Shown here: one piece after another, positions 35,357-44,800 of the stretch
Layout: every line of letters starts with the position of its first letter
Position numbering within the stretch: the stretch's first letter is position 1
DNA from: Candidatus Desulfarcum epimagneticum
GTDB lineage: Bacteria; Desulfobacterota; Desulfobacteria; Desulfobacterales; CR-1
Direction of reading: 5' to 3'
Assembly (NCBI GenBank): GCA_900659855.1
Contig: CAACVI010000012.1
Coordinates: 256,532-320,531 of the forward strand
Length of the DNA: 64,000 bases
Translations under genes and position numbers: made by a program
The notes under the pieces: model-generated
What the model was told of the DNA's origin: nothing
The model's input: the letters and a program-made list of their open reading frames with translations, nothing else
The model's database searches: none

Positions 35357-36068
35357 AGATGTTGTACTTCCCTGATTCAATGTAGGGAATATCCTCCACG
35401 TCTATGGCATGCGTGATCTCTTTGTTCAATCTCTTTTTCAGCTCCGCGATGATGCCCCTTTTTTTGCCGAGCCCCCGGGCGAACTCAAGGGTTTCGGTCA
35501 TGAGATCATCGATATGACAGGCTTTTCTCACAATATGGGCGCGTTCGCACTCCTCGGCGGTGAGCCGCCTTCCCGTGTACTCCATGTCCTGGAGGACATG
35601 GGCGGGAATGGCTTTTCTTAAAAGCGCGTTCATCCCCGGGAGAAAGGGGATGCCCAGGTCCACTTCCGGGAAGCAGAAAAATCCCCGGTCCGACCTCATG
35701 AACCTGAAGTCAAAGGCGCAGGAAATAATGGCCCCGCCGGCAAAGGCATGGCCGGTGATGGCGGCCACCGTGATCATGGGATACATGGCGACCCTTCTCA
35801 AAACGCCGTTCAAAGAACGGAAAAACGCCTTGGCGGTTTCGATGTCCCCCTTTTGAAGAACCGGGACCAGCCAGTCCAGATCAATGCCGTTTGAAAAAAT
35901 CTTTTCATGGGACGAGCGGACCACAAGGGTCAGCGCGTCGGTCTTTTCCTCAATTTCATCCAGCGCGTCTCCAAACGCCTTCAAAAATTCAGGATTAAAT
36001 CTGTTTTCCCCGTCGTTCAGCGTGGCCAGCGCCACATCGCCGTCCAACTCGTACTCCACCTTTGCCAT
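35355..36068 (-). CDS. Enoyl-CoA hydratase/isomerase (crotonase) family protein
   Basis: ORF 35355..36101; the likely start is Met12 (MAKVEYELDGDVALATLNDGENRFN). The oxyanion-hole region is ITGHAFAGGAIISCAFDFR. Confidence 0.8.
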   Translation of the reverse strand: MAKVEYELDGDVALATLNDGENRFNPEFLKAFGDALDEIEEKTDALTLVVRSSHEKIFSNGIDLDWLVPVLQKGDIETAKAFFRSLNGVLRRVAMYPMITVAAITGHAFAGGAIISCAFDFRFMRSDRGFFCFPEVDLGIPFLPGMNALLRKAIPAHVLQDMEYTGRRLTAEECERAHIVRKACHIDDLMTETLEFARGLGKKRGIIAELKKRLNKEITHAIDVEDIPYIESGKYNI

Positions 36069-36169
36069 GTTTTTGGGCCCCTCCCGTGATAAAAAAAACA
36101 ATCGATTTAAAATAATAATCTCAATTCAACGAATCTGTTATCATTGAACGGGCCCCGGGTCAACCCAAA

Positions 36170-36212
36170 CAAAAAGGGCGAGAGACTTTTTCAAGCCCCT
36201 CGCCCTTTTTTT
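36170..36212 (-). terminator. Bidirectional rho-independent terminator downstream of the selenoprotein gene
   Basis: AGGGCGAG (36175..36182) pairs with CTCGCCCT (36199..36206). It is flanked by an A-run (36170..36174) and a T-run (36206..36212). Confidence 0.65.
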
Positions 36213-36254
36213 CATGCGAATCGGATGGCGGAATCCTTTAAAAGAATCCGTTTG

Positions 36255-36578
36255 TCATGAGCATCCTCCAGCGGATGAGCCGCAGCCCGAGCACCCCTCC
36301 TGTCCGGCTCCCAGGTCCATGCCGCTGGTGAGCTTGAATCCGTAGGGGGAGAAGTCTACCTTGATGGGGGCGGCTTTTTTCATGAATTCTTTGTCCACAA
36401 TATATTTAAAGCCTTCGATCTCATATTCATCGTCCGTTTTTTTGGCCTCATCCAGGGCCAAAGCCAGCGAAGGCCCGCCTCAACCGCCTTCGTTCAAAAA
36501 AATCCTCACGGGAGAAAGCTCTTTTCCCTTGAAATATTCGGCGATCTGAGCGTTCGCCGACTCTGTGACCTCAACCAT
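36255..36578 (-). CDS. HesB/IscA-like selenoprotein (in-frame UGA = Sec at codon 33)
   Basis: ATG at 36578 is preceded by AAGGAGG. Own translation: MVEVTESANAQIAEYFKGKELSPVRIFLNEGG-U-GGPSLALALDEAKKTDDEYEIEGFKYIVDKEF...GCSGCGSSAGGCS. The TGA at 36482..36480 aligns with the first conserved Cys of IscA (GGCSG). The ORF track shows only the part after the TGA (36255..36461). Confidence 0.75.
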
Positions 36579-36711
36579 TTTGTCCTCCTTGAAATAAGCT
36601 TAATTGATTCGCCGCGTCTTTTAAAATCAAAATAACAAAACGCGCGTTTCCATACCCATACATTAGGCGCTCCCGCGGCGGTTGTCAACCCGCGCAAACG
36701 CGCCGGGCGGC

Positions 36712-37248
36712 TCATGGCCGGGAACGGGCCATTTTTTCCAGCCGATTCTGGTAAATCTTAAAATTTTCTTCGGAAAAAAGAACAAACACCGCCCGTTTGA
36801 TCCCCTCTTCCTTCTCCAGAAAATCCCATGTGACGCCTGTGGCGATCCGGCAGGCCTCCTCAAGGGGATAGCCGTAAACCCCGCAGCTCACGGCCGGAAA
36901 GGCGACGCCGGAAAGCCCATGCTCCAGCGCCAGCCCCAGGCTGTTTTTGTAACAAAGCGCCAGCAGCCGGGCGTCTTCCGGGACGCCGCTGTAAACAGGC
37001 CCCACCGTGTGGATGACATGCCGGGCCTTCAGGTTGTGGCCCCCGGTGATCCGGGCCTCGCCTGTGGGGCATCCCCCCAGGGTTCGGCATTCTTCCAAAA
37101 GCCCCGGCCCCGCGGCCCGGTGGATGGCGCCGTCCACGCCCCCGCCCCCCAGGAGAGAGGAGTTGGCCGCGTTGACAATGGCGTCCACATCCATCCGGGT
37201 GATGTCACCCAGCCGCGCCTCCAGTTTTCCGAATTGGATCGGCTCCAT
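36712..37248 (-). CDS. Macro-domain protein (O-acetyl-ADP-ribose deacetylase, YmdB-like)
   Basis: 178-aa ORF. GDITRMDVDAIVNAANSSLLGGGGVDGAIHRAAGPGLLEECR is the canonical macro-domain motif. Confidence 0.85.
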   Translation of the reverse strand: MEPIQFGKLEARLGDITRMDVDAIVNAANSSLLGGGGVDGAIHRAAGPGLLEECRTLGGCPTGEARITGGHNLKARHVIHTVGPVYSGVPEDARLLALCYKNSLGLALEHGLSGVAFPAVSCGVYGYPLEEACRIATGVTWDFLEKEEGIKRAVFVLFSEENFKIYQNRLEKMARSRP

Positions 37249-37401
37249 ATGTCCCTCCCTTAAATCAGGTAGTCTTAATGGATCAATTTAAAAAATTTAT
37301 CAAGAAAAAAAACGCCGCCCGCCCATTTTTTCACCGGTTTTGCCCCGATTTTGGGGGAGCTTCGCCCCCAAACGCCCCGGAGCCTTTGAACGGCCGGCGT
37401 T

Positions 37402-38703
37402 TTAAACGCCCAGAAACGCCCGGATGCGCGCGATGGGCTTTCTAAAAAGCCGCAGGCCCAGAAAAGTCCGGGGGCCTTTGATCCGGGCGGTTCCCCGCTG
37501 TCCGGGGGCCACGCCTTCAGGAGGCTTTTCCCACAGGGCCTCGGCTGTGATCGATGGAATGTTTTCATCGGACAGCGCCACATCAAAACCAATTCGCTCC
37601 ACAGTGGCGCCGATGGCGCGGAAGGGATTGTGGTCCAGCCTCACCGCCGCCGGGTCCCCTTTTCGGACGAGCCCGGAGTCTCCCGCCGGAATCATGATCC
37701 GGACCTTGGTCTTTAAAGGGTCGGCCACCCGAAGAACCAGGCGGCCGGTTTCCACAAACGCCCCGATGAGGGCGTCGGGATCGTCCAGGATCACCGCCCC
37801 GTCGGCCCCGGAGCGCGCGGTGGAAAGGGCCAGGGTCCGGATGATAAAATCCAGCTCGGCCCGCCGGCTTCGGATTTCAATCTTCTGGGCCGGAATTTTA
37901 GACAGCTCCGCCCCGCTCACGTAGGCGGCGCCCTCCAGCCTGGCCAGCTCGGCTTTGGCCGAGGACAGGGCCCGGGCCGCCTCGTCTCTTTTTTTTTCCA
38001 GAGCCCGGATGTCGTAGGAGAACAGGGCGTCGCCCTTTTGAACCGGCTGTCCCGGCCGGACATGCAGTTTTCGGATGATGCCGTCAAAGGGGGCGAAAAC
38101 ATAATGGGGATTGAGGGGGGCCACCCGGGCCGGGGCGCTGATCCGGGACCGGACCGGAATGAGCGTCAAAAGAACAAAGGCCGCCGCCACCGCCGCCGCG
38201 GCCTTTTTGTTTTTGAAAGCCGTTCGCGCCAAAGGCGTTTTCACGCAGGGCGCCAGCAGGGGGGCGGCCAGGGAAAAGGCCTCCAGGGCCGAAGAGGGAT
38301 CGGTGTTCAACACAATCAAAAGGGCGTGGCCCGGTTTCGCGCCTCTTTGAGCCAAAGGCGCCCACAAAAGCGGCCTCGGCTCCAGGGTCCGAAGAAGCCC
38401 GGCGGCGCGGGGCGTCTTTTTTTCATCCAGGTCCCGCCCCCGGATGACCACGGGGCCGGACCGGCCGGCGAATGCTTTCCGGATTTCTTTCACCCCATAG
38501 GCGAACTCGTTGTCCTGGGAGGGTTTGAGCCCCCCGGAGACGGCCCGGACGCGTTTGAGCCCTTTTAAGGAGACCCAAACAACCCGGGAGCCTTCCAGCT
38601 CCTCCGACAGACGGTCTAAAAAAACCCGGACCGGTTTTTCCCCGGGCGGGGACGCGATCATGGACGAGGCGAGTTTAATGATATTCTGGGCGATTTTATT
38701 CAT
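37402..38703 (-). CDS. HlyD-family periplasmic adaptor-like protein
   Basis: 433-aa ORF with one TM (AAAVAAAFVLLTLIP), a lipoyl-like hairpin (APFDGIIRKLHVRPGQPVQKGDALF), a coiled coil, and beta-barrel-like segments. Confidence 0.7.
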   Translation of the reverse strand: MNKIAQNIIKLASSMIASPPGEKPVRVFLDRLSEELEGSRVVWVSLKGLKRVRAVSGGLKPSQDNEFAYGVKEIRKAFAGRSGPVVIRGRDLDEKKTPRAAGLLRTLEPRPLLWAPLAQRGAKPGHALLIVLNTDPSSALEAFSLAAPLLAPCVKTPLARTAFKNKKAAAAVAAAFVLLTLIPVRSRISAPARVAPLNPHYVFAPFDGIIRKLHVRPGQPVQKGDALFSYDIRALEKKRDEAARALSSAKAELARLEGAAYVSGAELSKIPAQKIEIRSRRAELDFIIRTLALSTARSGADGAVILDDPDALIGAFVETGRLVLRVADPLKTKVRIMIPAGDSGLVRKGDPAAVRLDHNPFRAIGATVERIGFDVALSDENIPSITAEALWEKPPEGVAPGQRGTARIKGPRTFLGLRLFRKPIARIRAFLGV

Positions 38704-38707
38704 TTCG

Positions 38708-39493
38708 TTATTTGATTCTTGAAAGGGGCGCCTCGGACCTGACCGGCCCCATACTCAAAACCCCCCTCATGCCGGGAAGCAGGCCGGATTCGGCGGCCTG
38801 CCTGGAATTGGAAACGCGCCAGTATGTTTTGATAGTGCCGCTGCGCGCGTCCACCAAAGGCTCGGACACGCTCAGCTCGGCGGTGATCCGGGCCCCGATG
38901 TCCGGGACAAAAAACACATGGCTCTTCCCCTTTTCAAAGCCCACCGCCAGTTTTGAAGGCAGGCTGGCCGCGAAATAAAGCCGATTCCGGCTGTAAAGCT
39001 CAATGACGGGCCGGCCCGGCTCGACCCACTCAAAGGGGCGGACCAGGCGCCGGACCACCACGCCGTCAAAGGGCGCGTAAAATTTGGACGCTTTGATCCG
39101 GGAATCGATGATCTCGGCCTGGCTTCGATTGGAAATCATCTCAATCCTGGCTTTTTCGATCTCCTCGTTGGACGCGAACCCGGATCGGTTCAGGCCGGAT
39201 ATCTCCTTCACCCGCCTTTTCCAGTAGGCGCTCTGGGCGTCATGGCTCTTTTTTTGGATAATGAGATCCCGGTGAAAGAGCATGGCCAGGAAATCGCCCT
39301 TTTTCACCGTGTCCCCGGCGTCGGCCTCGAAGCGGATCAGCGCCCCCTCCCGGCTGGCCGAGAGAACGGCGTGGTCTTTGGCCTCCACAATGGCCGGAAA
39401 GGTCTCGGCCGCGCAAATCCCGGGCCCGGCCAGACCCCACAGCGCCCAGGCGAAAAAAAGCCGGGCCATCATCCGAAAACGCGCGTTCCTCAT
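38708..39493 (-). CDS. HlyD-family / biotin-lipoyl-like adaptor protein
   Basis: ORF 38708..39580. The likely start is ATG 39493, overlapping the upstream stop as ATGA. Signal peptide MRNARFRMMARLFFAWALWGLAGPGICAA, then ...SREGALIRFEADAGDTVKKGDFLA...APFDGVVVRRLVRP. Confidence 0.7.
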   Translation of the reverse strand: MRNARFRMMARLFFAWALWGLAGPGICAAETFPAIVEAKDHAVLSASREGALIRFEADAGDTVKKGDFLAMLFHRDLIIQKKSHDAQSAYWKRRVKEISGLNRSGFASNEEIEKARIEMISNRSQAEIIDSRIKASKFYAPFDGVVVRRLVRPFEWVEPGRPVIELYSRNRLYFAASLPSKLAVGFEKGKSHVFFVPDIGARITAELSVSEPLVDARSGTIKTYWRVSNSRQAAESGLLPGMRGVLSMGPVRSEAPLSRIK

Positions 39494-41685
39494 ATCATCC
39501 CCTCCCCGGCCAGACCCCGCCACGCCCACCGTAAAAAAGAAGCCAGCGCGCTTTCCCAGAAAGTGACGCGCGCGAAACACGGCCGCCCGTGCCCGACCGC
39601 CGTTGAAAGACCCCCGGATTCGGGAATGCTGAATATCACGGGATAAAACGCTTTCAGGGGCCTGGCCCGGCCGTCGGGCGACGGCGCGGAGGCCATGGGG
39701 CCGCCGGCGAAATCAAACAGGGAAAGGTTGACGAACGAGTCCGCCGGAAAATCCAGGACCCGCTCCAGGCGGCCTTCCAGGGTGGGGGTCTCCATGTCCT
39801 CAAACACGATCCCGGCCCGGGCCCCCCTTCGGCCCTTGAGCTTTTGGCGGGTCCGCTCATCGGCGTACACCCTGGCCTCATGGCCGGATTCGCCGGCCAC
39901 GGTCATCAGAAAGGCGCTCCGGAAAAGATAGGCGCCCGGCCCCAGGGTCTCGTTGACCCGGACCACCCGGCCCCGGATGGGAGAGCCCACCCGAAGCTGG
40001 GAAAGGGCCTCGTCCGCCGTCCGGACAGCGGCGGCGATCCTTTTCGCCTCCTCGGCCAGCCATTTCCGGTATCCTCCCTCGGCGCCCCCGGCTCTCATCG
40101 TCTCCATGACGCTTCGGGTTTTTTCAAAATCGCGCATAAGGCGGTCCCTTTTAAGCTCCAGCGCCCGGCTTTGGATCCGCAAAAGGGTCTCGCCCGGCGC
40201 CACGGCCTTTCCCAGGGCCGGAAGGGGGCCTGTGATCCGCCCCGAATCCGGCGCCGTGATCTCGGCCACGTCCCGAACCATCAAAAAACCGGGAAGCTTC
40301 TGGGTCCGGGGCATGGGAAACGCCGCCAGGGCCAAAACCGCGGCCGCCGCGGCCCCGGATCGCAGAACCTTTTTTTTCTCGCCCCAAAAACGTCTGTTTT
40401 GAATCAGAAAACGAATTTCAAGCGCCAGGGGAAAAAGAACGATCGCGAACGCCTGGGCCAGGGCCAGAAGGGCCCCCAGCGCCTTGAAGACAAAATGATA
40501 AACCGCGACGGAGATGACGGTGAAAATAAACAGGCGGTACGCCAGCGCGAAGGCGCCGAAGGCCGCCAGGAATTTTCGCCGGGGATGAATCTCAGGCTCG
40601 GGGCCCTGCCAGTCCACCAGGACCCGGCGGACATAATAAAGGAAAAAGGCCCTGGACCGGGACCTGAGATTGCTGACGCGAAGATAGTCCATCAGGATAT
40701 AATAGGCGTCAAAGCGCATCAGGGGGTTCAGATTGGTGAAAAGGGAAGAGGCCAGAGAGGCCCCGGAAAAATAAAACATGACGCTTCTAATCGCCCCTTC
40801 GGGGGAAACCGACCAAAAAAACAGGGCCACTCCGGCCGCCGCGAACTCCGTCATGACCCCGGCGGCGGCGATGACGACCCGGTCCCGCCGGGACCTCAAA
40901 CGCCAGGCGTCGGAGACATCGCAGTAAAAAACCGGCATGAAGACCATGAGGGCGACGCCCATGCGCCGGACAAAAAGCCCCCGGCTCTTGGCCGCGAGCG
41001 CGTGGGCCAGCTCGTGCAGAATTTTCACAAAGGACAGGGCCGCCACAAACGCGGCCGCGCCCAAAGGAGTCAGCAGATGGTTGGCCGTGTGGGCGTAAAG
41101 CTCCCAGTCCTGGAAGGCGAAAAGAATTCCCAGGACCCAAAGAACGGCGCACACATATAAAAAGGGGCGGGACCCCAAAGGCGCGGCCCAGGGCAGAAGT
41201 TTTTCGATAAAGGCGTCGGGTCTGGCCAGAGGGATTTTCACAAACAGATACCCGGTCAGGGCTTTTAAAATCCGGCGGCGACGGTTTGTTTTCACGCCCG
41301 CCCCCGCGGGCGACGGGTCTTTTTTTTCCGGGTCGCCGAAATCCGAAGGCAAAAACGCCAGCCTCTCTTTCTGGAGAAGGGAAAGAAATCCCGCGATATC
41401 CGCCGGCGAGGGTTTGAGGGGCGTTTTGGCCATGAGCTTTTCCACGGCCGAGCGGATGTCGGGCTCGGTCATGAGACACACCGAAAAGGCGGCCTCGAAT
41501 TCCCCCAGCTCGAAATAATGCCCCTGGAGCGGGTCTTCCAGAAGCCATGTTTTCGAGCCGTCGTCTCCAGGCGCCCCCCGGCGCAGCTTCAGCTCGGGGC
41601 GAAGCCCCATCCAGGGATGGGGCAGGCTCTTTTCCACGGCCTTGAAAATATCGGTCTGAGAAGGGGGTGTGCGTTTCATCGCCAT
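39490..41685 (-). CDS. M50 (site-2-protease-like) metalloprotease fused to a C-terminal HlyD-like adaptor region
   Basis: ORF 39490..41808; the likely start is ATG 41685 (MAMKRTPP). It carries the HExxH motif HELAHALAAK in a TM helix and a second M50 motif NLNPLMRFDAYYIL. It has multiple TMs, then a lipoyl-like/coiled-coil region (...GETLLRIQSRALELKRDRL...IRGRVVRVNE). Confidence 0.7.
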   Translation of the reverse strand: MAMKRTPPSQTDIFKAVEKSLPHPWMGLRPELKLRRGAPGDDGSKTWLLEDPLQGHYFELGEFEAAFSVCLMTEPDIRSAVEKLMAKTPLKPSPADIAGFLSLLQKERLAFLPSDFGDPEKKDPSPAGAGVKTNRRRRILKALTGYLFVKIPLARPDAFIEKLLPWAAPLGSRPFLYVCAVLWVLGILFAFQDWELYAHTANHLLTPLGAAAFVAALSFVKILHELAHALAAKSRGLFVRRMGVALMVFMPVFYCDVSDAWRLRSRRDRVVIAAAGVMTEFAAAGVALFFWSVSPEGAIRSVMFYFSGASLASSLFTNLNPLMRFDAYYILMDYLRVSNLRSRSRAFFLYYVRRVLVDWQGPEPEIHPRRKFLAAFGAFALAYRLFIFTVISVAVYHFVFKALGALLALAQAFAIVLFPLALEIRFLIQNRRFWGEKKKVLRSGAAAAAVLALAAFPMPRTQKLPGFLMVRDVAEITAPDSGRITGPLPALGKAVAPGETLLRIQSRALELKRDRLMRDFEKTRSVMETMRAGGAEGGYRKWLAEEAKRIAAAVRTADEALSQLRVGSPIRGRVVRVNETLGPGAYLFRSAFLMTVAGESGHEARVYADERTRQKLKGRRGARAGIVFEDMETPTLEGRLERVLDFPADSFVNLSLFDFAGGPMASAPSPDGRARPLKAFYPVIFSIPESGGLSTAVGHGRPCFARVTFWESALASFLRWAWRGLAGEGMI

Positions 41686-41859
41686 TGACGTAACACGCCC
41701 TTTTTTTTTTTGCCATTTCAAAACGCCCGGGCCGGAAAGAAAGCAAAAACCCTGTTGACCTTTGGGCGCATTTATGTTTATTTTTTCAAATAATTTTGAA
41801 ATTTTCACCTAATTTTTTATTCACAGCCGTTCGCATAATAAATAAGGGGGGCGCCCGCC

Positions 41860-44800
41860 ATGACATTCGGGGCAAACCGGACGCGCCTGAAAAACCGGGC
41901 GGTTTTTTGGGTTCTGATCCTGTCATCCGCAGCTCTTTTTTCCACTCATTTTTTTGCCGGCCGAAAAGACGCCGGCGCCGCTGAAAACGCCGGGGCCGAA
42001 GCGTTTGAGTACTACCGGGAACACGTGGCCCCCATCCTGTCCTCCACCTGCTCGGCCAGGGACGAGAACGGGGCTTTTATCTGCCACGGAACCCCGGACC
42101 TGGCGTCCGAGACGGCCAAAAAGGACCCGGGGGACTACCATTCGGCGCCGTATTCCCAGTCCGAATACTGCCAGACCTGCCACCGGGGCATCAAAAGAAA
42201 ATTCATCTTCGGGCTTGATCCCAGGGGCGAAATCTCCACCGACGCCCAGTTCCTGTTGTCTTACCAGCAGGCGAAAAAACGGGCGCTGCATCTGAAAATT
42301 CCCTTTGCCAAAATCCTTCGCATGCCCCTGGCGGCCCAGGGCGGGGGGTTCGGCCAGTACCACGCCGGGGGGGAAATTTTTGAAAGCCTTTCCAGCGCCG
42401 ATCACCAAAAACTGTCCGAATGGGTCCGGCTGGAGAATGAAAGCGCCCGGGAAAGCGAAAAGAGCGTGGGCGAGGCCGAGCGGTTCTTCGGCGAACAGGT
42501 CCTGCCGGTTTACGCCCGGAACGGGTGCATGAGCCCCAACTGCCACATTTTCAACCACAGCAGTTTTTTCCCGTCTCCCGGAATGGATGTGGACGATCTG
42601 TCCACGCCTCTGGCCGACCGGTTTTCCGCCGAGCAAAGAAGCTTCAACCGCATGACCTCCAAGGGGCTGATCCAGAGCAATGTGTACCTCACCGGCGACG
42701 TGGAGCAGAGCCGAATACTGAAAAAAAACATTCCCATTGAAAAGGGCGGCGTGATTCAGCGCGGCGGCAACAACCAGTTTTTTTCCGGCCCCGACGACCC
42801 CGACTACCAGATCATGAAAAAATGGCTGGAGCTGGAGCGCAAAGAGGTCATTTCCCGTCTGCGAATCGCCGGGAAACCGGTGGACCCCTCACAGGTGGGC
42901 AAAGTCCGGGGAATCGTGTTTGTCAGAACCGATGTGAAAAACCACCGCCGGTACCTGGACGTGGGCAAATACATGCCCGGCGGCGACCTGTTTTTGCTCA
43001 AACTCAAAGACGGGGAGACGCTTGAAAGCGCCCGGGGCGAGCCCGTCAACCTCACCGCCCGGTTTCACCCGGGAAAAAAGGCCGACATCCGGGAGCCCGA
43101 CGTCCGCTACGACGCCGGGGCCGTGATTTTCTCCATGAGAATCGGGGAACAGGACCGCCTGAACGTGTATGAAATCCGGCTGGATGAAAACCTCGACTAT
43201 GTCGAGGGAAGCTTCCGGCGCCTCACCCACGGCCCCGATCTCGTCAACGGAATCAAGGTCCATTACACGGACCCCACCTATGTGCCGGACAGCGCCGACA
43301 AAGCGGCCCTGATCGGGGGTCATAACCTGGACAAAGCCGACATCGTGTTCGCCTCCAATTTAAACGGAGGCGTGGTCCAGAGCGTGGAGCGCGGAATCGT
43401 GGGAGAGGCCGACGGCGGAACCCGGAACGTGATTTTTGATTTCGACCGCCCGGAGACCGACGGCTCCTTTGAGGGAAAACGCATCTATATCGTGGACGGG
43501 GCCAACAAGGGCCAGTGGCGGACCATCGCCCGGTTTCAAAACCGCCTCTTCACCCCTGAAAAACGCTCCTATATCACGGTGGACCGGCCCTTCCCGAACC
43601 CTGTGGACCACTCCGTCATCTATGTGATCGAGCGGGACCCCGAAACCCAGCCGGGATTTCTGCCCTCCTACTCCATGTACGGGATGAAGTATCCCAAACC
43701 CGGGGAGGAAAAGGCCCTGTATGACAAAACCATCTCCCGGATCACCTACGGAATCGCCCAGGAGCTGGATTTGAGCGTCCGCACCACCGGCGAGGTGTTT
43801 TATTCGGGCCAGCGCTCTTTCACGGACAAGTATGAGCGCCCCATCTTTCACATGACCAGCTGCCGCCGGCATCTCGACACCCGGTTCAGCTTCCCCACCC
43901 ATCATGGGAACCGGTCCCAGGTTCTGGTGTACGCCGACAACCACGAGCTTCCCAGCGGCATCGACATCCACGTGGGTCTGGACCCGGACAACCTGTGGGA
44001 GGCGGGGAACTTAAGCGTGTCCGACCACCAGATGGGACCCGGCCTGGAGGCCCGAAACCCCCACGATTTTTCCACCGGCTTCTTTGACGAAGACGGCTTT
44101 CCCATTGTGGACGGCCCGAAAATCATCAACACACGGTTCAATTTCAAGAACGGGAAACAGCCCTCCCACACCCGCTTTGTTTTCAAAAAAATGGCCCTGT
44201 TCCCCTTGAGGGGGCCCCGGGCCGTCTCCAGAACCGGTTTTTCCCCGGGCGGGGCGTTCAAGGACTCCGTTCCCCTGCCCGACGGCGACATCCTGGTCTC
44301 CCACTCGCCCGCCCCCATCAACCATCTGGACCCCGGGGCCGCCCCCGACTTCGACCTTTATATCGTCAGGCCGGACCCCAGCTTTCACACGCCGGGAGGA
44401 AAGGGCGTTCCCAAAGTGAGGAAAATTCGCCTCTCCGCCGCCTCGGCCGCGGGCCTCTCCGATGTCCAGGCCTACCCGGTTTACGTCCGGATGAAGCCCA
44501 AAATCAACGCGGCCAGACGCGCCAGGCGGGACCATCTCATCCGGCCCCCGGAAATGCCGGACAACGACCACAGGCCCGCCATCTATCTGGAGCGGAACTA
44601 CCTTTTAATCGACGCCATCATGGACGATCCTTCTCCGGTGGGCAAAAACGTGGCTTACGCCACCAATCCCCTGACGGGGAAAAAGACCGCGCCTGAAGAC
44701 GAGGTGAAATACGTGAGGATGGTGGAGGTTCTGCCGGTCCATCCCGACGACGCGGCCCCTGTGGCCTCGGGGCTCATCGCAAACCGGGACCCCGAAAGCA

